From the NCBI GenBank assembly GCA_046563655.1, contig CM102287.1, forward strand, positions 9,796,001-9,860,000: DNA of 64,000 nucleotides. The letters run 5' to 3'. Shown here piece after piece: positions 42,846-55,800 of the stretch. The position numbers and the translations under genes were made by a program. Numbering within the stretch: position 1 is the first letter of the stretch; each line of letters opens with the position of its first letter. Under the pieces are notes generated by a model. The model was not told the DNA's origin. It did no database searches and worked only from the letters and a program-made list of their open reading frames with translations. The stretch comes from Yuukianura sp. NJ FZ-2021. Taxonomy: Eukaryota.

Positions 42846-43632
42846 TTATGGGTCAATTCCCGTAACTGCCGGGCTAACTCCGTTTTCATTCCTGTCGCGT
42901 AACTCCGCCTCTTCTTGCAATTGACCTTGACCTTGACCTCCTGACCCCTCCCCTGGCTTGCTACACCTCACCCCCACAAAGGGAATGTAAATGCAGTCAT
43001 ATGGGATGGCCGACAGAGGAAGAGTGGATTGACCCAGCACAAGGTCATTGCCCTCCGCAGTTGACCCGGCAACAATTGCAGTCGGTTGCCAATACGTTCT
43101 TTTCCCGCCAAATCTCGTTCCGGGGTAAAATCTCCGCTCACCAGCCGACCTTGCTTGGATTGTCCGCAGTCCGCTTGTCCTCTGCATCACTCGGCTCGAC
43201 ATTTCTAAGGGGTAAAAAAAATCATTATCGTCAACCCCTTATCGTGAAATCTTTATCGTTAACCCTTTATCGTGAAATCTTTATCGTTTGTGAAATCTTT
43301 ATCGTGAATTCTTTATCGTTAACCCTTTATCGTTAACCCTTTATCCTGAAGTCTTTATCGTTTGTGAATTCTTTATCGTTAACCCTTTATCATGAAACCT
43401 TTATCGTTAACCCTTTATCATAAAGTCTTTATCGTTTGTGAAATCTTCATCGTTAACCCTTTATCCTGAAAATCTTTATCTTTAAGCCTCGACCTTTGAC
43501 CTCACCTCCTGAGTCTCTCTTGCCATAGCGTGGTCCAGTATAGACTCCACTGACGACGGAGACCATCACACAGCAAATGAGACCCAACAGCAGGAACGTC
43601 ATGGGGATCGACAGACTCGCAGTGGACGTCAT
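42846..43632 (-). CDS. RYa: RYamide (luqin-family) neuropeptide precursor
   Basis: Exons 43632-43506 and 43204-42846; signal peptide followed directly by VYTGPRY-GKR, second peptide RR-FYPGTRF-GGKR, C-terminal Cys pair DCIYIPFVGVRC typical of RYamide/luqin precursors. Confidence 0.88.
43225..43480. repeat. Minisatellite of 14-18 nt units (TTTATCGTTAACCC / TTTATCGTGAAATC) filling the RYamide intron
   Basis: Directly visible, roughly 17 units sharing the TTTATC core. Confidence 0.95.
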
Positions 43633-46600
43633 TGCACAAAATCTGTAGCGGAATTTGTAAAGAAAAATTAGCATGTCATGAGAAGCTGAAGGTATTTTTG
43701 GCAATTTGCTAATTGGTTAAAAAGTGCAAATTGAGAGTTGTGATTAGTGTTTTTGAAATTGGCGGATTGATGTCAAGGCTAACTAACTAATTGTAGTAGT
43801 GACATTATTCTACTTAAGCAACCACCTTAAATAATTACAGACTATGGTGGTCATCGTGCCAAAATTAGCAACAATCAACTCACTACCCAAAACAACAACA
43901 ATCACAACTGCAGTTCAAAATGACCTTTGGAAATTTAAAAGACATAAGTTAACTGTTGACACAACTTTTAACAACAATTGAACTTAATTTAATTGTTGTT
44001 AAAAGCTGTTAGTTATCCTGTCTTTACACTAATCCATTTGACCTTTAAACTTAAAACAGCCATTCAGCAAACAAACGCTTGCACAATTCTTCTGAACTTT
44101 TCAATTTTTTTAAATTTTAGGCAAATTTTGAAAACGGAAAACTTTGAGTGGCGTTTTGGCGTTGCTGGAAATGACGCCACTTTTCCTATTTTTGGTTTTT
44201 TAGTGTTGACTTGTGGTTTGAAATGGAGAAAGTGCATGTGAAGAAACAATTAAGTTAGTACAATTTAATTAGCAAGGAAAAGGTGTTAATTGTTTTTAAA
44301 AACTGCAAATTGGATTTTAATTGGGGAATTTGGGGAGAAAACGAGAGAAATGATTTACGTGTGTACAGTGCCTGTTGAGATTTAATTGCTAATTATTTGT
44401 GTGTGTGCTTAAAGAATGATGTAATAAAACCGACTTTTTTTTCGCAACATTTGTGCAAATTTTTATGTCCCAAAAAGAATACCTGATTGTACTTCGTTAT
44501 TGGATGTAAGTAAAACTTGGTTCTAAAGGAAATGGTTTAACAATTAATAATAATCACTACAATTTTTGGCTTGTTTTACTTTTTTATGTTTTATACGTAG
44601 AGCAACAATAACTTTAGATCTTTCATATTTCAAAATTTCATCAAAAATCAAATTTTCACACGCCAAACGCGTTCGGCGGAACTAAAATTCTTAATTAGAA
44701 AATGCATAGACTCACCTTAGATTTTATTTGAGTGGCGCTGAAATCCTAAACAGTTGAATTTTTTAGTTTCTGTTTCCAAGTTTTTCTTTTTTTCTTTTTG
44801 GTTGAGATGTTGAAATTTTTGGATTTTTCGCTAACCACGAACACCGATTTTCAAATTATTTTTTTGAAATTCCACCGTATTGTAACTGAAAATGACGGTG
44901 GTTGGGAAAGTGAGTGGCGAGTGGAGTGAAATGTGAATTTGCTTTTATACTTTCCCTGCTTTCTCCCTCTGCCTGTTGCTCTTTTCCCGTGCGCCAACCC
45001 ACTTCAAAAAATTACAGTTTTACACCCCCTATACCCCGAAAGTCGGTTTTTTTACTTTCATTTCAGAACAATTTGCGTCAAACGAACAAAAAAAAAAGTT
45101 TTTTTTCCTTTTCAACAAACTTTCTCATCCGGAAAAATATTTTCAAAAGCCAAAAAAACTTATCTCCCGGATTTATCCACTTTTTTATGGAAAGTTCCGG
45201 ACAAAAAGAAAGTTTACGTGATTTGTACTGGCCTGAGCAAATTGTGTTTGTGCTGGAGTTGGTTATTGGTAAGGTCAGTTCGAAATGTCAGTTTTTAACA
45301 TAACCTGACTAACCTAATTTGAAGAAATTCATAACATAACAAAGGTAATGCCATATGGCATACCACAGGGAAAGCAGTTTTTGTTATCAATTCGGCTAAA
45401 ACAAATATTGCATAGTAAATCCAATAATTTCCAAAGCCCTTCCTTCGTTTTCTTTTTCAAATCCCGTGTGTTCACTGCAGATAAGACATTTCTTCACATA
45501 ATCAATAAAAACCGGTACAAAAACTGTCTTTTCAAAGTCTAAATTTAAATTTTGACTCTTACAATTTTTATTTTCACTAAACTTATCCTAAACTTAAATC
45601 TAACAAAAACATTTCCTAGTAAAATTAGATTTTATTGTAAGCCAAAACGAGTTTGAAGAAGCAGCATTTCCAAAATCCAAAAATTGTATTTTTGCTTTTC
45701 AAAATGAAAATTTCTGAAAAGTGTAAGCAGAATTTGAAATTTTTAGTCAAAATTTATGACTGTCGTAGGTGGTTAATGTTTCGTCATGTGTCTTGATGTC
45801 TTTAGTTCCACTTTTGGAAAAGTTGAAACGAAGAAGTCATGTTTATGAGGAATGTTTAATTTTATGGTTGAATCAACATGGATAATAAGTCGAAATGACT
45901 AACAAAGGTCAGAGGTCACCATTGCTCAACATTGCTCGGGAATCATAACGTGATCACTAAATTATGAAAACACGTCTGCTTTGTTTACTTTAACTTCAAC
46001 TTCCAAACTCAACTAGAAACACTTCAACTGTAGGAGAAAAGACAAAACACTTTGTCTTTCCAAATCGAGTCACGTTGAAATGTTTACTCTGAAATTCATA
46101 CCATAATCTATCCAAATCAACTTGGGAATTCAAACTTTTCAAAAAGAAAGTGAAACGTGAAAAAAATATTTTTTTTTTCAAATTCGATTTTCTCCAAATA
46201 GACAATTTTTACACCAAAAATCCGAGTTTAACGCAGAGGAGAGAAATAATGTGAAAAAGACAAAATCTCAAAAGCGGATTACATTTTCACTTTCGGTTGT
46301 TTAGAAAGAAGATTAGCAATTTTTCCTTGCATCTGCGCCTTCCGTCTTAATGTCGCTTCCGATTATGTCATCTTTGCTTGAATCTTCCTTACTTTCACTT
46401 TTTAAAAAAAAAGTTCAGTTTTTTAAAACAAAACTGCTCAACGGAACAGTGCTTTCTCTTCTAAGACGAAATTTGAGACTAAAAAAAAACTTTCTCCTCC
46501 ACCTGCACCTTTCATTTAAAAAAAGTTAATAAAAAAAACTTTTCTCTTAAAAGACAAACGCCTTCCGTTTTTTTTTGTCCAAACTTTTTGAAATCCATTG

Positions 46601-46857
46601 ACTTATTCGTCTCAAAACCCCAAAAAATGTTAAAAACCGTAACTTCCAACGTAGATTCTGCAGAGGCGGTGCCAAAAAAAATTGTCGCACAACATTGTAG
46701 CTTTTTAAATTCAAAATTATTTGACTAAAAGTTAAAATTTAATTCCTACCGAGCTTAAAAATATTCAAGTTGTAAATTACTCAGTTTCTTAAATCGAAAC
46801 GAAGTTTCAAAAATCCCTATCATTTTCAAAAAACAATTTCTAAAACTAAAAATTGTT

Positions 46858-49800
46858 CTAAAAAAGAAATGGATCCACTTCAACTGGTTTGTACTGCGGA
46901 AGGTGATTGGGTATTTTCCAGTTGCCACCACACGGACAGCTCTTGAGCCACCGATTGTCCCAGGCCTTGTTGGCTGGTGACCTCGGCGGAACTTGCATCA
47001 GCGTAGCACATCCGCATCTAAAAACACGAAAAATTATCAAAATTGGTCAATATTTCATGAAATTATCAAAATTGCTCAAAATTTCATAAAATTTCTAAAA
47101 TTAGTAACAATTGACGCGCGTCACGAACTAAAAACACAAAGCTCCACTTTCACTCTATACTCCATCTGCCTCAAGTCAAACTCAAATTAAACAAATACAA
47201 ACGGAAATGAATGAGGCTCAAATCTCGCTCTTAACCTAACCAAAGTTCTAAAAACCTTAACCTAACTTCTGGGAATCACAAAACCTGAAACTACCTTTGT
47301 CTTTGGTGGGTGTTGACTTTTCATTAAGCATTTAAAACACAAACTTGGAACAAGGAACCACTTAATTAAAATATCCAAAAATTTAATTAAAATTTCCCAC
47401 TCCTCTCTAGCATTTCCCGCTTCAACTTAACATTTCCAACATCACCCTAACATTTCCCGCTTCAAATTAAAATTTCCCACTTCAACATAACATTTCCCAC
47501 TTTACACTAACATTTCCCGGTTCAAATTTCACTTAATACCTGTTGCATGCTTTGACTCCGACGGGATTCTTGCCTAGCCAAAGCAAACGGAGCCCATCCA
47601 TCCAGTACCCGCCTGACCTCTGACCCTCCAAATTGTCCAGCCATTTGCTCGGATTCACTCCAAACTCAAACTGAAACCATAAAAATATATTATAAACAAT
47701 TAATAACAATAATACAAATAATAATAAGACCACAAGTGAATAAAAAGTAGTTAATTTCATTTGAATGATGATTTGTTCAAAAAACGCACTCAGTAGTATG
47801 CCATTGACAAAAAGATTGTAACTTTCACAGGACTTTTTTGAAAATTCAAAGTTTGATGAGAGGTTTGAAATTTTTAAGTGGGAGGACTTTTTTGAAACTA
47901 AAACTTTGAAAAAGAGTGTTTTTGGTTTTTAGTACCTGAAGTGGTGTGTTTCTGGTGAAAGTTGCAGTGAGAGCCACTCCAGTGTTTTTGCTTGGATAAA
48001 ACGGATTCACATTTGGCATCTGAACTTCACTTGGCAAAAGACAACAGTCATCTAAATTACACAAAAACACAAAATAGTTTAGTACCCAGTTTCTGTTTTT
48101 AAACAAAAAAGTAAATTTCATTTTAATTAAAATTTTAATTCTTGAAATGTTAGTTTTTCATTTCTGTTGCCCCGAGTCAAGCCAAAGCAAGGCTGAATGA
48201 ACGAACGAGTATTCTCTCACACTTTAAAAACAAGAAATGAATTCCACGTCTACAACTTTCCAAAATTTTAAAACAATTTTTCAATTCACTTTTCAAAAAT
48301 AAGTTTATTTGTCTACCAATTTTGAATCTTGTACCAACCAACACTAATTCTAGTCCTAGGAAAGCGTGAGTTCCTGAATTTTCACTTTTAGGTGAAAAAG
48401 AGGAAAGTGTGTGTAAAATTAGTGTCCTCATAATTAAAAACAGGTTAAGCCATAATCATAAAACGTAAAACCTAAAAGTCATTTGGAAGTTCATGCTAAG
48501 AAAGTTCCGAGCAGGGTCAAAGGTCACACCGGAACGCTCGAAATGTCAACAACTCCAAAATTAGTCCAAAATTAGTTTTTACAACGCCAGAGGCAAAATG
48601 AGACAAAGAACTCCATACATTACAAGGTAACTACAACAGTACAACCTACGTTGTTCAAATATTCTAAAGAAAACTTAAAAAACATGAACAAGTTTCAAAA
48701 TTTTGAAAACTGAAAAGTACAAAATTTTGTCTCTCTCCATTCATTTATGTCAGTTTACACTTTTACAGAAATTTAAAAAACCGTCAACTCAATCTTCTAT
48801 CTTGGCAGCTTGGATTTCCAGGTTTCTGGAACTTCTTTCCAGAACATCAGTTGGAAAAATTTCAAAAACTGAAAACTTTTTAAAAATTATGAAATTTCAA
48901 CATTTCATAAAACCAAAATTCAAAAAACGTTAATCATCTTCAGACTCTTCTTGTGCTGTAAACCCGTCGGTCGTCGTCGGTGCCGCCGCTTCTTCGAGAC
49001 TATTTTCTCTGCTCAGCTCCGTCGTCAGATGCAAGTAGCTTTTAAACTCCTGTTTGTTGTCCACTGTTTTCTGGAGCGGTGTTTTCTCCTCCGGTTCCAT
49101 TGCATAATACACATCAAGTGACTCGTGTCTTCCTGGGACATAGACCATCGAGTCACCCTTGGCCAGAGATGGACGATGTCCAGGGTGACCATGTCCAGGG
49201 TGTCCAGAATGTCCATGTCCAGGATGTCCAGCTCGTCGGTTTCCTGCCAGCGTCTCCATCAGCGCCGCACTTTGCATCATCATCTGAGCAGTTTGTGGTG
49301 GTTGCGGTGTCTGTTGCGTGTAGCATCCAAAGGTCAAGCCACGCCCTGCCTGCGGGTACCTCGGATAGTCAACTCCATTATAGCCGAGGTCACTCTTCGG
49401 CTGAATCGGGGACACGACGACGCTTCTTCCGTCGTAAAACGACTCCTGTTCGGCTGTTTCCGGAAACCCGGAATTCGGAAATCCTTGATGAGCTTGTGCA
49501 TCTTGTTCCTTCTGCTTAGCCTTTCTGTTGTTCCACCAAAAGCCGATCACGAGCAGCAGAAAAACGATTCCAGCGAATCCCAGCGAAGCATACAAAAAAG
49601 TGTATGCTGTCGGATCCTTCTGGATCACAATATGGTCTTTTTCAGGCGTGGACGCTCTGTGGTAACTGTGATCTGCAGAAACAGAAAAGAAACATGAAAA
49701 GAAAAAGTCAACTTTTTCAAAAAAACTTTGTACATTTTCAATTTTTTGTTAACTTACGTGTCTCCGTATTTCCCATGATGGTTCCTTCCTCTTGCTCTGT

Positions 49801-52800
49801 TTAACTTTTAGCTTGTTCTTGACCTAACGATGATCAATGTTCTGCTTCTCTTTTGTAAATGGATCCTTGGAGGCAGATTTTAAAAGTTGACTTTTACAAA
49901 AACCAAAGTTGGCACAGACTAATCTAATTCCACTGACTCATGGTACAAAATTAGTCATTCCTTATTCACAGCCCTTAAGGGGTCTACGCAGGGACAAAAC
50001 CTTTGACTTTTTCAAAAGAAAAACTAAAAAAAAAAAGTTAAAATTTTCAAAATTTCAGCTTCTGCTTGAGCAAAGCTGTTCAGAAGTGGACTTCATCAAG
50101 GAAATTCTTGATTTAAACCACACTGGGAGGAAATGTCGTCTTGTGGTTATGATTGGGTTCTTGCCAAATTCAGATCCACATAGAACTGAAACTTGAGTGT
50201 CTAAAAAGTTAGAACATAAAAGTCTAATGTTTAGACTCCTAGAAAACACAAAGCTAAAATCTAGCTATAACTTATGCTCAACTAAAAACCAGCAGAGCCC
50301 TACTAACTCATCCCACACTTTTTATAACTTACAAGACAATGGTCATAACAAAAGCATTTTTAGTGTCACCGACTCAGCAATTCTGTTCACTCTTCCATCT
50401 CATACCAAGAAAAAAAAATGTATCACCACACAATTCTTAATCATCACATTACAATAAAGTCATTAGCTCAGCAATCCTACATTCTAGAAGCGCCACAATT
50501 TAAAAAAAGTAAAGGCGTGACCTTTGACCTGCCCTTCAAATGTGTTTGAAGCGTCTAATTTGACTCAAATTCCCCAGAAAGTACAAAATACCCCATATTT
50601 TCGGTCAATTTTCAATTTTTTTTTTGTAAAAATCCTACCGAAATTAAATAAAAACTAAAAACTTGCATTTTTTTAACATAAACCTGCTTTTCTCATCTCT
50701 CTATTGTCTGATTTGTCTGAAATTGACGAAGTTGGAGTTGAAAATGTTTTTTTTTCGTAAAATTTTTATGAAATTTTGAAAAATCCACTGAATTCGTTCG
50801 CGAACTACACGATACAACTGCAAAAATTGCATTCTTTTTTAAAACTTGGAAAATTGGATTTCTGTTTAAACGGCTTCGAAGCTATTCACTTCGAAAATTA
50901 ATTTCGAAAAACTAAAACTAACATTCCAAAATTAGAGCAACTTGCGTTATTCTTCGGAAAAACTTGTATTCACATTTAAAAAGTTCAATTAAGGAGTTGA
51001 ATAACTTGAATTAACTCACCAATTAAACTCTCATCAGGGTCATGCGGTGCAACGGAAAGTTTTGTAAGTAGTCGAAAGAGTAGTGGCAGCACATCTAGAT
51101 TTTCTGTTGTTTTTCTAAACGAAGGGAGACATGCTGGCCGAATCAATCCCCAAATTCTCATTAGAACTATTAATTCTCTCAGCGTTCCAACAGCCTTCGA
51201 GTCTCTGCAAACCTCCCACTGCAAAAACAATAAACACTTAAACTCAAAATAATTAAAATTTCAATCTCAAACTAAAATTTCAATCTCAAATTTTACATTG
51301 TTTCCAAATTAATTGTTTTTCCTAAAAACTTTTCCAGGCTCCTCCCACGCAGTCACATCGCAACTTTTTCTTAGAAAAATCAATACTTTCAATTTCTGAA
51401 TCCATTAAAAATAGAGCCGTAAAAAAGTAATCAGGAAAAAGCGTTCCTTGAGTCAACATTGTTTCTCTAAAAGTGGACACGGTGGGTATCATAAAATGTA
51501 CACCGCGGCGGTGCTGCTTTTGTGGTGGATCCACCGCCGCGGTCACAAAACATGTTAAAATGGACACCGTGTTTTTAGCATTAATTGAACACGAGCCCCA
51601 ATTTCGCATGAAACCAAGTCATCATCGCCCACAACGCAATCACTTCGGCCATAAAATGTGGCAAATGAAACTATAAACACGGTGTTCAATCACGCCTTCA
51701 CAGAGTTAATAGTCCATAACTCTAAGCTAACTTAATTAATTATATTATATTAAAATATATTAACATGAAAATTTTAGTTAAAAAATTATGACACTTACGC
51801 CAGGAGCTCTGGAGTGTCTTAGATCGGGTAAAATTGCGAGTAGTTTGACCGAGAGATCGGCACACCATTGCAGAAATTGCTGCAGCGATTGCAGCAATGT
51901 TGGTTCTACAGCATACTCCTTCGCTTCCATATTTAGCAGCACTTTGTCAACATCGTGCAGCGCTTCACCTTTACTGCCAAGTAGATCTAAAATTTTCAAA
52001 AAAAAAATCAAAATTTTGAAAAACCAATTTTCAAAAACAACCCTGAACAATGTGAAGTGGATTTAAGTTATCGAAACCTAAAAATTCATGAAAAATTGAA
52101 AACAAAAGATGTTCATTTTTTGTTTTAAACGGTATTTTCGTTCAAAATTTTGAAAAACTAATTACTTGAAAGTGCTTCTGCTGGACCACGGTCATGGCTG
52201 GACAGATTTCTAGGCCTCAACAGCGCTTTGAGTGCGCCTGAAACGAGATGCAGAGTCAACAGAGTTTGCTGGTCATTCGTCCGTGTCACTCCGCCAGAAC
52301 CCAACCTGTGACCAAAAACTAATTAAACTCTTGACCAATCAAATTCAAGCTTCTTCTCAGCCAATCAGATTCTGAGAATCAGCGATTATGCCAAGCGATT
52401 TATTACCTGTGAAGGGCCGCTTTGATGACGAGCATCCTCGTGGCAAAGTGACCTTGAACTGGTTGTGGTTGTCTTGCAAAAGTTTCGCTGAGTCGATCGC
52501 TGATACTTTCAATCAGCGATGGCCTCAGACACATCATGATGTCCCACGGATCCAGACCTCCCATCATACTCAATTCTATGAATGCTGTAGCAGTTGCTGC
52601 AAAAATTTCAAAAATTACCATTTGTAACCAACTTTTTAGCAAAATTTTGAAATTTTGAAAACATTTCTTACTTGCGTCAATACTGGGATGGATTTTGTAC
52701 AAATGGAGTTGTGACTTGGAGTCCATGGTGAGTAGAAGTGACCCACTCCATGTAAATTCCATGGCCACAAAGGGCCAACTTTGTGCTGCCGAACTTTGAC

Positions 52801-55800
52801 CTTGACCTTGACCTTGGAGTCTCATTTGCTTTGCTTCTGGAATGTCATCTGGGTCACGCTTGATTTGCACGAGAGGATCCACCGCTGGAGTGCTTCCTGT
52901 CAGCAGCCCAACCTGAAATTTCAAAAAAATTGTGTTTAGAACAAGAATTGCCAAGTTACGAAATTTGGACATTGGAAATACCCGAAATACGACAATTCAT
53001 GGTCTAAATTTGCAAAATTTTTGCAATATTTTGCAAAAATTCCAATCACGTAACTTTCAAACCTGACCCACATTGGTTCCAGGAAAGTCACAGGAGTCAT
53101 AGCCTTCCAGACACACTAGAGTGTCCAGAACATGCACAAAATTTGGCAATCCGAACGAAATTTGACAAGAAACAAGAATGACAACAAATTGTTCAAAAGT
53201 GGAACAACGAATTAATTACTCATTAGGAATTTCACAGTTTCAAATGTAACCGGGTCACTGCTGACCATTTAAAAATCAGCGCCACGAAGCCTAATTAACT
53301 CATTCGCTTTTTAGTTAATTAACTTTAACTACAATTAACAAAAAATTGAACGAAAAAAAATGGCAAGAATTCCGATTGGTTCTGCCGGCTCTCCAGTAAG
53401 CTCAACAGTTTAAACTTTGACCAATTTTTAAAAGTGTTTTCAATTTTTTGAAGTTCAAAATTTTGAAATTTTTTGTTCTAAAACTTTTTTACACTTAGGT
53501 CATGCCTTCTATGAACATGAATTCGTTTTTGACCAAAGAGACGATTGCCCAAGGGCTGCTGGACGTCGCCCTATTGGCCAGTAATGTCGCTCAACTCAAG
53601 TATGTCATGTCACTTGGCCCAACTGGTCCAAATGCACATCCATACTACTATCCCATGGTAGTTCTCATTTGGCTCTCAATTGCTTTACAGGTAAAGGTCA
53701 AAGGTCATATTTTCAAAAAAAAAGTTTCGAAAAACCAAAATTTTGATTTAGGGGTCAGTCGGACTCTGCCTGATTCTGATGGGAAAGAATCAAGTGCAGG
53801 ACGGGGGGCCTGGAACTAAAGCGGAAGTTTTGAACAACGTAATCACAGCGCAAGTATTTCTCATCACCGTGATCAACGTTCTCATTTCGTCGTTTAACAT
53901 TGAAGACACAATTCAGCGTTCGGGAAAGTTCGACGACTGGATTCGTGACGGGAACAACACGAAGTACGTTGAGAATTGCCCATGTGTCGATCCACTACGA
54001 ACTTTCCATCAGTCGGTGTCTCAAAATTACAAAGTCCATTGCCATTAAAATTCAAAATTTTAACTGTTTTTTTTTTCTAAAATAAATTTTCTGAGCTAAA
54101 CATCCACTATGATCTAGTGAAATCCGAACAATGAGGGGTCGAATTTTGAAAAAATTGCGCCTGGCGTCATAAAATTACAAAGTACATAACTTTGTTTCAA
54201 ATTTTAAAAACTTACTTGTTGAAAGTTGTCTGTGCGAATAAAGTGAAGGTTTCCGTTAGCCAATGAAATTGCAACAAGCGGTTGAATTGTGTTTGAGATT
54301 TGTTGGGTCATTGTTGGTGACGACTGGAGCGACGCTGGAGCCGAAGCGGAAGAGTTGGACAGCGACGGAGTAATTGGAATTCCGAGGGAACAGAATTGTT
54401 CAATCGGTGACTGAAACGAAATAGACTGCGTCTGCTGCCAAGACTGAAAGTCAAAAATCAAAATTTTAAAAAAATTATCAATCTAAAATTCAAATTCAAA
54501 GTTGTTTGTGTACCCAACACTGTGGAGGTTCGGTTCCGGACGCTTGGAATCTGGATTTCAAGGGCGCTGGAAGCGACAGTAGTTCGTACAAGTACAAGTG
54601 ACTGGAGAATGGATTCTCATTATTTTTCAGCGCTACGAGAATACTGTTGGTTTTAATTTTGGACAAAAACTTGATGCTGGAAATTGAGTAATCTGGAAAT
54701 TCAAAATTCAAAGTTACAAATTCAAAAACAAAATCAGTTTACCTAGAGGTAAAATTAACTGCAAATGTGATACCGTACCGGGCATGTTTGGAAGAAAGAG
54801 TGAGTGGCCTGCAAGTACTTTGATTTCAGCTTTGTCACGACTTGACCCCACAAGTGAAACGTTGACACGACTGACTTTAATAGGGTGATTGACCTTGCCT
54901 GAACTACAAGCTACCAAGATTTCACCTCCTAGAATCACAATTAAGTAATTGATTAAGTTTTTAATTAATTAACATTAAGTATAATTGAAATACCTTCGCC
55001 ATAGGCCATGTCTGCCAGTAGAATCTGACTTCTCAGGGGGATAATTTTTTCTGATGCGGTGATTGCCGTGAGTGGATCGTCGGGTGATCGTATAACAGTT
55101 CCTAGTAAACCTGTTCCTGTGACCAAGATACTGCCTTGTAAAGAACTTGTGAATCCTCTTCCTCGACGAATAGCTCTGACTTCATACTTTTCAGTATACA
55201 AAATGCTGTCCAACTTGTCTGGAATTAGACTCACCTACAAAACATTTTATCACAAACTATTCAGTAATGATCGAAGTCCTGAAGCAATTTACTTGTCTTG
55301 GAGCAGTTAGCCAACAAGATGTGAGAATCGGTTCTCCCCGGAACTCTCCTGAGTAAAGGACACACCACTTGTTAAGTAACTCTTCAACCATTCCAAATAC
55401 TTCGACGTGCCCATCTTCTGAACCAATCAAAATTTGTACTCCGGATGGATCCCAGTGCAAATGAGTAATTGCACATTCACTCCGTTTTACCCTGAAAACG
55501 ACATTCAAAGTATAAAGGATAAAGCACTTCAGAAATCAACATTTAGCTGGTTAATTTTTCGGATTAGCAGAAGAATTTACAAGTGACAGTTCCATGGCGT
55601 ATTCAAATCGGCAACGAATACATATGACCCTGTCCAGGTCATTCCATCCACACTTTGCTTCTGTTTTATCTTCGATTTGGACGATGTATTCTTCGTACTT
55701 AAATCAGTACAGGAAGAGAACGCTAGTAGATTCCGAACAGATATGGAGCATATCGGTTTGCATCCATCGTTCAAGTGTCTGAAAAATTTTACGAAACCAA

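Noticed and set aside
43225..43480. Repeat array considered as CRISPR-like
   Set aside because: No unique spacers, eukaryotic intron context, no cas genes; it is a minisatellite.
49628..49672. Apparent missing start or frameshift in the nested membrane-protein ORF
   Set aside because: Recounting the A run shows the acceptor at 49672 is in frame with the upstream ATG exon; no frameshift is needed.
51322..51609. ORF ending RCDCVGGAWK, reminiscent of the MED16 C-terminus
   Set aside because: Only a few residues match, no supporting splice sites, and the true terminal exon is at 46858-47017.
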